From: Azolla caroliniana
Taxonomy: Eukaryota; Plantae; Polypodiophyta
Assembly (NCBI GenBank): GCA_043228905.1
Contig: JBHGNT010000021.1
Span: 12,586,001-12,650,000, forward strand
DNA length: 64,000 nucleotides
Direction: 5' to 3'
Part shown: positions 10,601 through 24,600 of the stretch, piece by piece
Numbering within the stretch: the first letter of the stretch is position 1
Layout of the letters: the number at the start of each line of letters is the position of its first letter
The notes under the pieces: model-generated
What the model was told of the DNA's origin: nothing
The model's database searches: none
What the model saw: only the letters and a program-made list of their open reading frames with translations
Position numbers and translations under genes: made by a program

Positions 10601-13233
10601 AAGGACGAATCAAAGCCGGTACACATCGCCAAAGAAATGAAGCCGGAAGATAAAGCGGCGATGATCAAACTTCTCACGGAGTTTCGCGACGTATTCGCCT
10701 GGTCATACGAAGACATGCGAGGGCTGGACCCTCAATTATATCAGCATCAGATCCACTTAGGCAAGGACGCGAAACCAGTGGCGCAAAGACGTTACCGAAT
10801 GAACCCCAACTACGCCGCCAAAGTGAAGGAGGAAATCGACAAACTCCTAAGAGTGGGCTTCATCCGGCCGGTAAAGAAAGCGACGTGGCTGAGCCCCATC
10901 GTCGTCGTCCCAAAGAAGAACGGTAAAATCCGCGTGTGTGTAGATGCCGTCGCCGGCCATGAAGTTTATAGCTTTTTAGACGGGTTCAGCGGATACAATC
11001 AAATCCGGATGCACCCTGACGACCAGGAGAAGACCGCGTTCGTAACCGAATGGGGAGTGTTTGTGGCCGTAGTAATGATGTTCGGACTAAAAACGGCACC
11101 AGCAACTTTCCAGCGAATCATCATGGAGATCTTCGGCGAATACATTCCAGCCTTCATGCAGGTTTTCCTGGATGACTTTGCAGTCTATAGCCGGGAAAAA
11201 GACCATTTGCAGCACCTACGGTTATGCCTTGAAAAGTGTAGGTTATACCGGCTAAGCTTAAACCTAGCAAAATGCATCTTTGGGGTTTCAAGTGGAATCT
11301 TACTGGGACACATTGTAAGTAAGGAGGGCATTGCGGTCGACCCGGACAAAGTAAACGCGATACTAGGGGCACCGGCGCCGAAAACGGCCAAAGCACTAAG
11401 CCGATTCTTAGGACAGATCCGGTGGCACAGCCGGATGCTCCGTCACTTGGCTGACTTGGCTACACCATTACACACCGCGGTACATCGGACACCGTTCCAA
11501 TGGACGGATACGGAGGATAAGGCATACAATGCCCTGAAGGTACTTTTGTCGCAAGCACCCGTCGTGCAGCCTCCGGATTGGAGCAAGGAATTTCATGTGT
11601 TCGTTGACGCTTCCGACATTGCTATCGACAGCGCCTTAATGCAACTTACGGAGCCCAAATGGTACCGGCTGGTATATTACGCCAGCCGGAAGCTGTCCCA
11701 AGCGGAGAAGAACTATTCGACTACGGAACGGGAGGCCCTGGGCATGATCTACAGTGTCACAAAGTTTCGTCATTACCTATTGGGAAGGAAGTTCTCCTTT
11801 CATGTGGATCACTCGGCGCTCCTGTACTTAGTGTCCAAGGCGTCCCTGACCGGTAAGTTGGCCCGTTGGACCTTGCTGTTGCAGGAGTTCGAATTCGAGA
11901 TCTTCCACCGGCCTGGAATCCAGCATGCCGTAGCAGACTACCTGAGCCGGTTAGAGTCCGGAGAATCAGGCGACGGAGTATCGGATGAATTCCCGGACGC
12001 AGAGTTATTCCGTATCACCCCGGAAACGGCAGCGGACGACACGGTGGCATCAGAAGATAGGTGGCTGACAAACATGCACCAGTTCCTAAGCACGGGCCTG
12101 CCACCGGAGGAAATGAACCGGGACGAGAGGAAACGACTGGCGGTGCAGAGCCGCAATTTCTGTCTGTTACGGGACACTCTCTACCACAAGGGAGCAGATG
12201 GAATATGGAGACGGGCAGTCCGTAGTGACGAGAAACAAGTAATCTTACGGGAAGCACACTGTGGGGTTGCCGGAGGACACTATGCCGGGGAAGCGATGGC
12301 AAGGAAAGTATGGCAGAGCGGCTTATGGTGGCCCACGACGTTAAAAGACGCCGTCAAGTATGCTAAGGAATGCGACCTATGCCAACGAATGGGCCAGCCT
12401 ACGGAGCAAGCACGGATGCCACACCAACCGGTACTTCCACTAGAGCCATTCCAGAAGTGGGGGTTGGATTTTGTCGGACCGTTCAAGCCATCGGCAATGA
12501 GAACAGGTAATCGTTATGTCATCGTGGCAACAGATTATTGCACTAAATGGGTGGAGGCTAAGGCCTTGAGAGACAACACCGCGTCATCCACAGCAAAATT
12601 CCTGTACGAGAACATTTGGTGCCGATATGGATGTCCGATTGAATTAATCAGCGACCAAGGAGGGCACTTCCTCGGCCAGGTAGTTGAAAGCTTAACAACG
12701 TTCTATGCCGTGGTCCATAAACGGAGCACACCGTACTACCCACAAGCAAACGGGTTAGCAGAGTCAACCAACAAAACGCTCTAGAACATTCTCCGCAAAA
12801 TCGTCAATGAAAACCGGACGGACTGGGATACAAAGCTCCATAGCGCGCTATGGGCGTACCGAACGGCATACAAAACAAGTATCCGGACAACGCCGTTCCG
12901 GTTAGCGTTCGGCTTAGAGGCGGTCGTGCCGGTGGAATTTCAGGTACCAAGCTTACGAATCCAACTACGAGAACGGCTGAATGAAAAGGAGTCGGAGGAA
13001 ATGCGGCTAGCAGCACTATGCGAACTGGAGGAGCAACGGCTGGCCAGCATCCTACACATGGAACTGGAGCAACGACGACGGAAAGCGTTCGTTGACCGTC
13101 ACCGGAAAGGTAATGAAAAGATGTTCGAAATCGGAAAGCCGGTGCTACTATTCCAAACGAGGATGGGCAAGATGCCGGGTAAACTCCGGTTTAGATGGAC
13201 AGGCCCGTATTGGCGGACACGGGAATACAACGG
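7670..13233 (+). pseudogene. gag-pol: Gypsy B Gag-Pol, one reading frame with three nonsense codons, an in-frame RT deletion and 3' truncation
   Basis: ORFs starting 7670, 8954, 9785 and 12926 share a frame; stops at 8942, 9701 and 12782. Three CCHC knuckles, protease VIDGGSG, RT FLDD, RNase H VFVDASD, integrase HHCC and DFVGP/SDQG/E; ends at WTGPYW. Confidence 0.92.
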
Positions 13234-14388
13234 TTGGCATGAATCCTCGGTATTACCTTCTTTCGTAGTTTCACCCTTAGCATTCTTCTCGGCTATCTCT
13301 TCATCGTATTCGTCGGCTTCGACATTCGTTTTCTCTCCGCCACCTTCCGTCTCTTCGGTCTCACGTTGCCTTTCGATCGCAACCGCCGGAGTCTCTGGAA
13401 TCAGTGGTGGGGAAGTCTCGATATGGCAATCCGCCATTGATTCGTCCATAGCCACCTCCGATTCGATTTCGTCTTTTGTGGCTACCTCCTTAATCACATC
13501 CGCTTCACACTCTTTATCTGCATCAATTATGCAAACATCTATTATGCTTACCCCTTTTTGACCCGATGTCTCGGGCACTTGTATCCCGAAATTTCCTTCT
13601 ACACTTGAATTATCGGCCTTATCCTTCGCCATCGTTCTTTCACAAGACGAGTGGGTGTCTTGTTCCACTCTTTCTCCCGTGGTACCATCATGTTGTATTT
13701 CGGCCTTCATATTGGCTTCATCATTTTTCCTCAATCGACCATCCTTCATGGGCCATGTCGTTGTTGACGAGATTCTCAGCTTCCTTTCATCATGTCTTCG
13801 GCATACCCTTTCGACTTTAGCCCAATCCTCGGTAAGGCCGTTCGCACCGTCATCATCTTCGAGTTCGATCCCAATGTCCATCCTTTCTTTCCGATCGATC
13901 GATCTTACGAACATTAAGACTTTATCTTCTCCCACCAATCTTCGTTCCCGCTCCGAGAGTCGAGCAAAACAATGCTCGAACTCTAGGAACGCTTGCGTTG
14001 CACTTCGGTGGGTCTTCTCCGATGCCACCCATTCGTCGAATTCTCGTCGATCTCGTCCCTTCGATCTCTTGTAATCACATGACTCTCGTAAAGCTTCTTC
14101 GAATGATCCCCATGTCGAGTTTTGTTGCCGTATCTTGTGGATTCTCTCTTGTAGCTCATCCGTGGCTACCCGATTGAAGGATGTCACTTGCAATCCTTCC
14201 AGTATCCCACATCGTATCATCTCCGCCTTGTAGTCACGTAGATAGCGTGACACATCGTTTCCGTTGAATTGTCCGTTTCGTTGTACGAGCCGCTTTACTG
14301 CCCCCGTGATCTCCGACATCGCTCGTTGTTCTTGTAGCATCCGCTCGAACATCATCATCATCGTTATCGCCTCTTGTTGATTCTCCAT
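13234..14388 (-). CDS. gag: Gag-like protein of element C with acidic low-complexity tail (truncated)
   Basis: FNGNDVSRYLRDY...EDKVLMFVRSID...IGIELEDDDGANGLTEDW, homologous to the ORFs of D and E; lies directly after the PBS. Confidence 0.72.
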
Positions 14389-14404
14389 CTCCTTGCCACC
14401 CGTC

Positions 14405-14422
14405 TTCACGTCGGGTTCACCA
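14405..14422 (-). other. Primer-binding site (tRNA-Trp) of element C
   Basis: Plus strand TTCACGTCGGGTTCACCA equals the recalled 3' end of plant cytosolic tRNA-Trp(CCA) plus CCA. Confidence 0.8.
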
Positions 14423-14427
14423 ACTTG

Positions 14428-15155
14428 TGTCGTGCCTTTCGGCTCCGGATCGTTGCGTGAGTCGGGTGGGAACCGCTGGGGTTTTGGACTAGGAAGAGGA
14501 GAGTTTTAAGGCTAATAAGAATATAAATATGTTGTAAGAAAGAGTTATAGCAAACTCGTGAATCCCACGAGTGTATTGTATTAGATTAATCAATATGAAT
14601 ATAAGAATATAAACTTCGGTTGAAAGAGAATGATATAGAATTCTCGTGAATCCCACGAGTATAGTTTATTAATTGGTGTTTTTTAGAAACATATCCAGTT
14701 TCCAAATATTTTTCACACACAATTACATTGTGCTCCCCATCCTTATGTAGTGATGAGGAAGTCTTAGTAATCCATGCTTTTTCTCTAACTATAGACCCCA
14801 TGCTTTTCCTATAGATAGACTATATGCTTTATCTAAAGTGATCATGCTTTTTTCTAACTTGTGCGTTTTTTATCATGCACGCTAGATGTGTATGTGTAGC
14901 TTTTTCTTTTGTTATGCGTTTTCCTAATGTTTATCCTAGCGTGAATTTACCTTTCTATGTGGGACATCTATGCTTTAACACTAATGAAATGCTAGTGTAA
15001 TGGTAAGACATTACATTATTAACATGGAGGTGCAAGGTTCGAATCTTGCCCTATGCATGTTCCATTTATTTTGCTATTTTCTTCTATTTCTTCATTTTTT
15101 ATTGAATCTAATACTATATACGTTTTTCACGTAGTGTACAAAATACACTACGACA
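14428..15155 (-). repeat. 5' LTR of element C
   Basis: Starts TGTCGTG 5 nt from the PBS and ends CTACGACA before ACGG. No second copy in the window. Confidence 0.7.
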
Positions 15156-15221
15156 ACGGACGTGAAAGCAAGGAGCGAAAAGGTACGTAGTGGGCATTTA
15201 AGAGCCGCCACGTTACTTAAT

Positions 15222-15248
15222 GGGTTGAAGCACGCTACGGGGTACCAA
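15222..15248 (+). repeat. Left terminal inverted repeat
   Basis: Inverted match to 28099-28125. Confidence 0.85.
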
Positions 15249-15767
15249 AAAAGTACTGTTTTTGGCCACAAAAATTGTCAGTACTTTCAATACTGTTAGT
15301 ACTGAATAATTCAGAAAAAAAATTAGAGAAAAAGAAAATCGATTTTGGAGAGTGGGGTGACTGTAGTACAAGTGTCATTTACTGTAGAAGGAGTGGGGGG
15401 AACACGTGAGGAGATGTTCTTCCATTTTGGGGGCTATTTTCCCCTCACGTCGATTTTGGCGCTTCCCCTCACGTCGTTTTGGCGATTCCCCTCATACTGT
15501 TCTTCCTCTATCTCTCTGAGCTTTTCATCACAGACATCCATGTCACGTTTCTGATTTTCCTTCAATCTAAATCTCAGACATCCATGTCTGGTTGGAGAGT
15601 TTGAGTTGAGGATTTCTGATTTTTTTAGGGTTTCTGTTTTTGTTAGGTTTCGGTTGAGGTACAGAGACTGTTCTGAGGGTTTAGGTAGCAGCCAATAGTC
15701 ACTTCTTTGACAACGACTTTCGTACTTCCACCGATTGCAGTTGATGTCGTGGTGATTTGGGGCTTTT

Positions 15768-16352
15768 TCCACCAAATCGAGGCGGCATTGGAGGTTCCTT
15801 CCACCAAATCGAGGCGGCATATCCAACGCTCCCTCCACCATTGGAGGTTCCTTCCACCAAATCGAGGCTGCATATCCACGCTCCCTCCACCATTGGAGGT
15901 TCCTTCCACCAAATCGAGGCGGCATATCCAACGCTCCCTCCACCATTGGAGGTTCCTTCCATCCTTTTTTTTATTTTCAGTACTAAAATGTTTCATTTCT
16001 TCATATTTTAGTACTAAATTTTTAGAATTGACATTTGCCATATTTGATATGTAATTCTAATGTTTGAAACAAAATATTTCTCACTTTGCAGGCCACATTT
16101 AAAAACATTTGATTGTGTTTTCTTGGTTGAGTCTATATATCCACGCTCCCTCCACCATTGGAGGTTCCTTCCATCCATTTTTTTCATTTTCAGTACTAAA
16201 ATGTTTCATTTCTTCATATTTCAGTACTAAATTTTTAGAATTGACATTTGCCATATTTGATATGTAATTCTAATGTTTGAAACCGGATTTATTTCTCACT
16301 TTGCAGGCCACATTTAAAAACATTTGATTGTGTTTTCTTGGTTGAGTCTATA
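15768..16352 (+). repeat. Subterminal ~53-bp tandem repeats and a ~215-bp tandem duplication upstream of the transposase
   Basis: CCACCAAATCGAGGCGGCATATCCAACGCTCCCTCCACCATTGGAGGTTCCTT about 3.5 times; ~15930-16140 repeated at ~16141-16352, each copy with a TTTGCAG|G acceptor-like site. Confidence 0.8.
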
Positions 16353-16408
16353 TAACATTAACTACTTTCGCAAGACACTTAATTTTTGTGGATAAATCTA
16401 GTGACCGA

Positions 16409-19400
16409 ATGGGGGTTCCTAACGAGAGTGAGTTGTCAAGTAACTCATGCATATCTGAAAGGACTAAGAGACGAGTGGTTCTTCACATAGTTCGTTATTT
16501 GGTAGAAATAACGAAGAGATTTAGTGAAGAGGATCGTAGGGATATTATTTGTAGAGTGTTACACCATCAAAGTTTGAATGAAGACATGGAGAGAATAAAA
16601 TTTAGGGACCAATGTGTTTCAGAAGAGATTGTGGAGTCTATGAAGTCATCCCTAGACTTAGTGAAAGGTGTAGAGAGCTTAGACAAACTTGCTGCAAAGA
16701 GGGCAGCCCTACACATGGTTGTGAATGGTGTGAGAGAAAAAAAATATAGTGATACTAAAGTTGCCTTAGCCCTGGGTATTCAAAGAAGGAACTTGAGGAA
16801 ACATCGCCGAAATATACACTCAAGCAAATTCAAGTGGCTGGGGTCGGGACGTAGACGACGATGTGATGCCTTATCTCAAGAGATTATTGAGAAAGTGGAT
16901 TCATTTTGGGCCAAAAATACGCGTGTCTCACCAAATAAGAAGGACGTGTGTAGACAACGAATAAGTCAGGGTATGTACCAGATTCACCCTAGACACTTCT
17001 TGGAGATGACAGAGGTATTCCATTTTTTTATATCAATTCACATTCCATAACTTTGTGTTTTGACCAAGTGTATATTAATGTTTGCTATATATATTGGTTG
17101 ATGTAGGCTGAATTGTACATGAACTTTAAAGACCAACATCCAAGCTTGACTGTCGGATTCCGCAAGTTCCAAGGTTTGAAACCATTTTATGTTAGAAAAT
17201 TAAATGAGAGGAATACATGTTGTTGTGTGTACCATGTGAAGATGGACATGTTAAGGGTTTCTGTGAATGCAATGCGTACTGATTCTAAGGGTATACATGG
17301 GGAATTATGTGTCTGCACTTGTGAGATTTGTAGACCAAATGGGGAGGATAATAGGTGTAATGCACGAAACATGACTTATGCATCCGTTTCTGAGCTATGG
17401 AGGTCTTGTGTTTGTGAAAAAGAACCATCGTGTGAGTGGCATCGTCGTACATGTCTATTAAGAACATGTAAGGTTTGTCCGCTACCATTATTTTGTAGGC
17501 AGGAGCTTGATATGGGAAATAGTCATATCGTGAAATGGAAATATTTGGAGTATGTGACTGAAAATATTGGCAAGGGAGTTGTAACTAAGCGTATCAAGGA
17601 AGTATATAAGGAGACATGTGCTGCTACCCTTGTCTCAGAATTTAAGAAACAACTTGGGGAGTTTATTCCACATAACTTCCGGAGTTATTGGCAAAATTCA
17701 CAGTTCAAGGAATGTATTAATAACTTACCAACGGGTGTCATTGTATCCGTTATTGATTTTGCAGAAAACTATACATTTAAAGTTCAAAATGAGGTTCAAT
17801 CAATGCATTGGTACAATGATCAATGTACAATACTTGTACATATTTGCTATTGGAGGCAAGACGGTGAGTTACATAAGAAATCAATATTTTACATTTCAGA
17901 TGATAAAAAGCATGATACACTATTTGTTCAACATTGTTTTAAGCTTCACCATGCAGATTTATTTTCTCTAGGGTTAACCTTTAACCGTCATTGGGTTTGG
18001 TCTGATGGTGCTGCCTCGCAGTTTAAGGCGGCACGATCGTTCTACTTTATCGCCAGGTAATTTTTAATCCATATGTTTAATACTTATCATGCAATGTGTA
18101 AGGAAGTAAATCTTGTGTTAGTGGATGCATACTAATTATGTTTGTAACTATTAACAAACAGTACTAGTCACATCGATGCATACTAATTATGTTTCTAACT
18201 ATTCGAATCTTGCACTTGTGAATGGATGCATGCATACTAATTTTGTTTGTATTATGTTGTACTAAGTAACTTTTAATCCATGTGAAGTGTTCTCCATAGA
18301 CACATTGTACTATGTTGTGTGTTGGTTCTGTACTATGTTGTGTTTACAAAAGGATGTAAAGTACTCATCTTGTACTCATAGTATTGTCCGTCCTTAAGAG
18401 AATTGTACTAAGTATCGATTAATCCATGTGAAGGGTTCTCCATAGACACATTGTACTATGTTGTGTGTTGGTTTTGTACTATGTTGTGTTTACAAAAGGA
18501 TGTAAAGTACTCATCTTGTACTTATAGTATTGTCCGTCCTTAAGAGAATTGTACTAATTATGTTTTAATCCATGTGAAGGGTTCTCCATAGACACATTGT
18601 ACTATGTTGTGTGTTGTATCTGTACTATGTTGTGTTTACAGGAGGATGTAAAGTACTCATCTTGTACTCATAGTATTGTCCGTCCTTAAGAGAATTGTAC
18701 TAATTATGTTTTAATCCATGTGAAGGGTTCTCCATAGACACATTGTACTATGTTGTGTGTTGGTTTTGTACTATGTTGTGTTTACAAAAGGATGTAAAGT
18801 ACTCATCTTGTACTTATAGTATTGTCCGTCCTTAAGAGAATTGTACTAATTATGTTTTAATCCATGTGAAGGGTTCTCCATAGACACATTGTACTATGTT
18901 GTGTGTTGGTTTTGTACTATGTTGTGTTTACAAAAGGATGTAAAGTACTCATCTTGTACTTATAGTATTGTCCGTCCTTAAGAGAATTGTACTAATTATG
19001 TTTTAATCCATGTGAAGGGTTCTCCATAGACACATTGTACTTTGTTGTGTGTCCTATCTGTACTATGTTGTGTTTACAGGAGGATGTAAAGTACTCATCT
19101 TGTACTCATAGTATTGTCCGTCCTTAAGAGAATTGTACTAAGTATCGATTAATCCATGTGAAGGGTTCTCCATAGACACATTGTACTTTGTTGTGTGTCC
19201 TATCTGTACTATGTTGTGTTTACAGGAGGATGTAAAGTACTCATCTTGTACTCATAGTATTGTCCGTCCTTAAGAGAATTGTACTAAGTATCGATTAATC
19301 CATGTGAAGGGTTCTCCATAGACACATTGTACTATGTTGTGTGTTGGTTTTGTACTATGTTGTGTTTACAAAAGGGTGTAAAGTACTCATCTTGTACTTA

Positions 19401-20525
19401 TAGTATTGTCCGTCCTTAAGAGAATTGTACTAATTATGTTTTAATCCATGTGAAGGGTTCTCCATAGACACATTGTACTATGTTGTGTGTTGTATCTGTA
19501 CTATGTTGTGTTTACAGGAGGATATAAAGTACTCATCTTGTACTCATAGTATTGTCCGTCCTTAAGAGAATTGTACTAAATCAGTATTTACTCATGTTGT
19601 ACTCATAGTATTGTACTCATCTTGTACTCACCAAAGCAGGTATTTCTCCTTATTCAATATTCGTATGCAATGGAATTACTTCGGGTCTGGACATGGAAAA
19701 GGAGAGCATGATGGCGCGGGGGCTGTGATCAAACGTGCCCTTACAAGTGAGCAGTTGGATAATAATGGCGCTAAGTTACAAAATGCACATGATGTTGTGC
19801 AGTGGCTAACATGGAAGATGTCAAATGATGGTAAGAACAGATTGTTTGTTGAAGTTCGCGCTGATGAGGTCGATAGAACTAAATCATATGGTTGTAAAAC
19901 CGTGAAAGGGACACGCAGCACCCATTGTGTGTTAGGGTTTAGCCGCAAGGACACAACCCAATTGTTACTCCGTAGTTTATCATGCTTTTGTTCCATGTGT
20001 CTAGATGAAGCTTGGGATAAATGCATCAACCTATCAATCGTGGAGCCCTGGAAGCTGCAGAAGCTTGAGCCTGAACTACAAGATGATATTGAAGAGGATG
20101 TGCATTCAAACGATATTGTATACTACAACCAAAATCAAGACTTGGCAGTTTTATTGGAAGTTGGAGATCATTTTGCAGTGCTCAAATATTCTCAGAATGA
20201 AGATTTAGAAGACTACTACATTGTGGTGTGCAAGCAAGGAAAGACATTATTGAAAGAAGTGGTGAGGGATGGTTGGGGCAACAATTTCAACGTTGGTGAG
20301 TCTGTCGTGTATGGAAACTATTATGCAAAGTTGCCGCAGTGCAAGAACACATATGCATTACTAAAAGAAGCACCCATCGCAATAATCTACGCTGATGCCA
20401 TTCTTGCGATCAAATTCAATATGACTCAAGCAAAGCACAAGGTTAAGGGATACAACACTGTCTACAAGGTCCCCCAAGAGGTTCATGAGCACATATTAGG
20501 GGAGGTCTCTCTATTTAATGCTTGA
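16409..20525 (+). CDS. Sola2-like DDD transposase, 3 exons (16409-17014, 17107-18056, 19640-20525), 813 aa
   Basis: GT-AG introns join in frame with no stops. Cys-rich region (CCCVYH, CVCTCEIC), then IDFAENY...QSMHW...ISDDKKHD...WSDGAASQFK...WNYFGSGHGKGEHDGAGAVIKR...CFCSMC. Confidence 0.85.
18265..19580 (+). repeat. 146-bp tandem repeat, about 9 copies, inside transposase intron 2
   Basis: AATCCATGTGAAG recurs every 146 bp at 18275, 18421, 18567 ... 19443. Confidence 0.93.
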
Positions 20526-21639
20526 AAGTCACCCTATCAATACATTGTACTAGAAAACTGAAAAACATCCACTTGGAGTTCACTATTAATTTTGATGATT
20601 GACAAATGAATTGATATATTTCGTCTTTCTTCCAAAGGGTTTATGCCTCTCAACCACTTGTACTTATCTTTCATAATATATTAGTTGTTATCAACAGGAC
20701 TTGGATTTCTTCATTGCCGATATTGCTCATGTTTCCTGATGTTATTTGAGCATAGGAGTTTTGCAGAGTTGGTGTGTCCTCTGTTGGCACATAAATCTGC
20801 TCTTCTTTTGCTACGAAGAGAAGATTGTTAGTTGAATTCATTAAAGACTTTAATATTGTAAGATTTTCTACTGTAAGTTCATTTTTCAAAGGGGGCGATG
20901 AATTCTGTGAAGACAACAATGAAAATTATTCTCTCAGAATCCTTTTTTGTTTCATGATATGTCCTGTGAAGCCATCTGAGTTTTTACTTCTTGTATATAA
21001 GTCCTGAATATCCAGGCTATGGATTTTAAAGTACAAACCTTCCTTTCCTTAACAAAATAATCCAACTTCTGAAACAATAATTTGTGATAGCTCAAAAAGG
21101 TAAGTGTTTCCTTACTACTGTTAGTGGATGATTCATCCTTTGGGATGATATCATCAAAATATGGCCCACATTGCTTCAACAATTTGCACACATTCTGGTT
21201 ACCGTCCAAATGGGATTGATGAAACAGTCTATACTTCAGGATATCTTCAATAACACCCAATACCCGATATTTTCTATTTCTCATCATCAACACCTAAAAA
21301 CCTAAATTTTCCTAGCAAGCTAAGAAGACTTTCAAGCATTTTATCTACAATAGACTGAAAGACTTTGCGAGGATTAGGAGATGATCTCAAAAAAGAAACA
21401 AAACGTTGTAAAATAAGAATACTTAGATCAAAAAGTATATTCCCATTGTTTTTGATATATGTTGATGAGCAAAATATAGAAGCAATCCTTAAACATGAAC
21501 GTGATTTCACACTGGTATAACTATTTCAGATTCATGAACTGGATTTTTTACATTGGCAATTGAAACAGTATTTTGGTATCCAAATAGTTCAATTTCAGAC
21601 ATCACTAACAACTAAAGTTCAAGTACAATCGAAAGACAA

Positions 21640-24600
21640 TCAGGCACTAGAGGGTAACTTGGCCGATCTTGTAATGCGCTTGTTGTTGGTGCCAGATTTT
21701 TCTGATTTTACATTCTTCTTTATCTTAAAGACTTTAGGTATGAGCTGACTAAGTGGCACTTCATCATCAGAGGCATCAGAGACAGGCGTGGATGCGCGGG
21801 CACCTTGTACTGGTGGCAAGCTTGAGAGAGCAACTATGTTTTCTGCAACTGCAATGCTTGTACACAAATCCACAAAGGTGCTGTCGATAGACAAATTATC
21901 ACTCATCTCCTGAATGCTTGTACTCCTAGCGATCTTTATTGCCCTATCATCATCACCGATGCCTATACACTCGTTCTTATTAGACTCCTGTATGTGGACC
22001 GTGGCAGTAGTCATGGTCAACTCCTCTTGTACGATGGATGTCACCTCATTCTTAAGACAACGTTGTTCGCTCTGAGTACAATCAGGCCCACCTTCATTAG
22101 TAACGTTGTTCACTCTACACTCCTCATGGGATTCTGTACAATCAGGCTTATCTTCAGGGAAAGCGATGTTCTTTCCACGATCCTCATGGGCTTCACAAGA
22201 CACTACTAGCACATTCTCAGTACAATCAAGCTCCTCTTCATTACTAGCAATGTTCTTTCCATGATCCTCATGGGAATCTTTAGATAGTACTAGCACATTA
22301 TCAGTACAATCAGTCTTCTCTTCAGCACTTGCCACATTATCAGTACAATCAGTCTTCTCTTCAGTACTTGCCATATTCTTTCCACACTCTTCATGGGCTT
22401 CAATCTTCTCTTCAGTACTTGCCATATTCTTTCCACACTCATAGGCTTCTTTAGACATAGTGTTGTTTGTACATGCCAGCTGCTCTTCACATATGAATGC
22501 TTCGTTTTTCTCACAATCCTCATGTGTGGAAGATGTGCTTCTAGAGTCTGCCTCCTTGCAAAGGTTAATTTGATTCTGACTCTGATGGGAATCTGATTCT
22601 GCACTTGTGCTCCATGAAGTTCCCGATTCATTTGATTGCAGTTGGGAATCAGACTGCTCTTGTAAACCTAATTAATGGGATTCCAAAGAATATTGGTATG
22701 AACTCACATACTCAAAAGTTTGCAAACAATGAACATAGGGTTTAGGGCCACATTTTTACCTAATGTTACATCGTCATACTGTACAGCCGTAGATACCCCA
22801 TTGCAAGTGGTGGGCTCGGTCATCTTCTCCACAACATCTAGGTGCTCAACAGTGTTGTTATGATCTATAATAACAACAAGAATAGGGTTGTTATGAGCTA
22901 AATCATTGTTTTCAAAGTCTGGCTTTTGACGTGTACCTGGGAGTGTGATAAATTCGTCTTCATGATCAGGTTTTGGACTCGTGTCTCCGTCACCAAATAT
23001 CATTTCATCATCAGCTAGTAACACAAGTACATGGTATTAGACAATGGATTAGGTTGACAATGCTCCAGACAGGTGAGAACTTATATGACTCACCATTGCA
23101 TTCAACTTTGCCTTTCTTGCCGTTTCCATACAACATTCTTGCAGCATTTCTCTTCTTACTGGGCTCTATTTGTAAAGAAACTGCATTTCTCTTCTTAGTG
23201 GGCTCTATTTCTTGATGTTGACCGGAGCTTGGGGAATTTGTTTGTAGAAGCATATGTTCCACTGCTCCAATGGCCCTTCTCATACATTCATCCTCATCAT
23301 AAAAATCATAGGTTATTGGTAATGATGGTCCCTGAACCTTGGAATGTGCAGCAGATATTGAGGGTTTAGGCACAGGGGCTGGTTGTTCCATTACCTTCCC
23401 TGGCGTGGAGTTGCTTGACACTACAACATTCATTGCAAGAAACAAAAAAACCTTGAATGTTAGTACCATCATCTAAAATATATAATGTAGGTCACAAGAG
23501 CTGCTTCCCATTTTACACAATGTACCAGTCATGAACAATGTACTACTCACATAGTTCCTAAATTATTGAACTAGTACTAATAAGGAACATTGTACTGCTC
23601 ACTTAGTTCCCAATTTACACGATTAGTACTAATCATGCACAACATACACAAGTAGTACTAATCATGCACAATATACTACTCACTTAGTTACCAAATTACA
23701 CAAGTACTAATCCCGAAAAATGTACCACTGACTAAGTCAAATTAATAAGTAGTACTAATCTTGAACAATGTACTACTCACTTATTTCCTAAATCACTGAA
23801 CTAGTACTAATCCCGAACAACGTAATGCTCACTTAGTTCCCAATTTACACAAGTAGTACTAATCATGCACAATATACTACTCACTTAGTTAGCAAATTAC
23901 ACAAGGAGTACTAATGCCGAACAACGTAATGCTCACTTAGTTCCCAATTTACACAAGTAGTACTAATCATGCACAATATACTACTCACTTAGTTAGCAAA
24001 TTACACAAGGAGTACTAATCCCGAACAATGTACTGCTCACTTAGTTCCCAATTTACACAAGTAGTACTAATCATGCACAATATACTACTCACTTAGTTAC
24101 CTAATTACACAAGGAGTACTAATCCCGAACAACGTAATGCTCACTTAGTTCCCAATTTACACAAGTAGTACTAATCATGCACAATATACTACTCACTTAG
24201 TTAGCAAATTACACAAGGAGTACTAATCCCGAACAATGTACTGCTCACTTAGTTCCCAATTTACACAAGTAATACTAATCATGCACAATATACTACTCAC
24301 TTAGTTACCAAATTACACAAGGAGTACTAATCCCGAACAATGTACTGCTCACTTAGTTCCCAATTTACACAAGTAGTACTAATCATGCACAATATACTAC
24401 TCACTTAGTTATCAAATTACACAAGGAGTACTAATCCCGAACATTGTACCACTGACTTAGTCAAATTACACAATTAGTACTAATCCTGAACAATGTACTA
24501 CTCAACAATGTACCACTGACTTAGTCAAATCACACAATTAGTACTAATCCTACAAAATGTACTACTCACTTATTTTCTAGATTACTGATCTAGTACTAAT

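Larger units (their letters stand above)
13234..15155 (-). mobile_element. Gag-only tRNA-Trp-primed LTR element C (3' part deleted)
   Basis: 5' LTR ~14428-15155 (TGTCG...CGACA), PBS at 14405-14422, gag-like ORF, right flank ACGG. Confidence 0.8.

Noticed and set aside
13230-13233. ACGG as the left TSD of element C
   Set aside because: C lacks its 3' LTR and B lacks its integrase end here, so this is more likely a deletion junction; it was not counted as a proven TSD.
14405-14422. tRNA-Trp gene (also 42174-42191 and 53237-53254)
   Set aside because: Only the 3' 18 nt including CCA are present, next to LTRs, so these are primer-binding sites.
18265-19580. Regular repeat array as a CRISPR locus
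   Set aside because: Units repeat in full with no unique spacers, there are no cas genes, and the array lies inside a spliceosomal intron.
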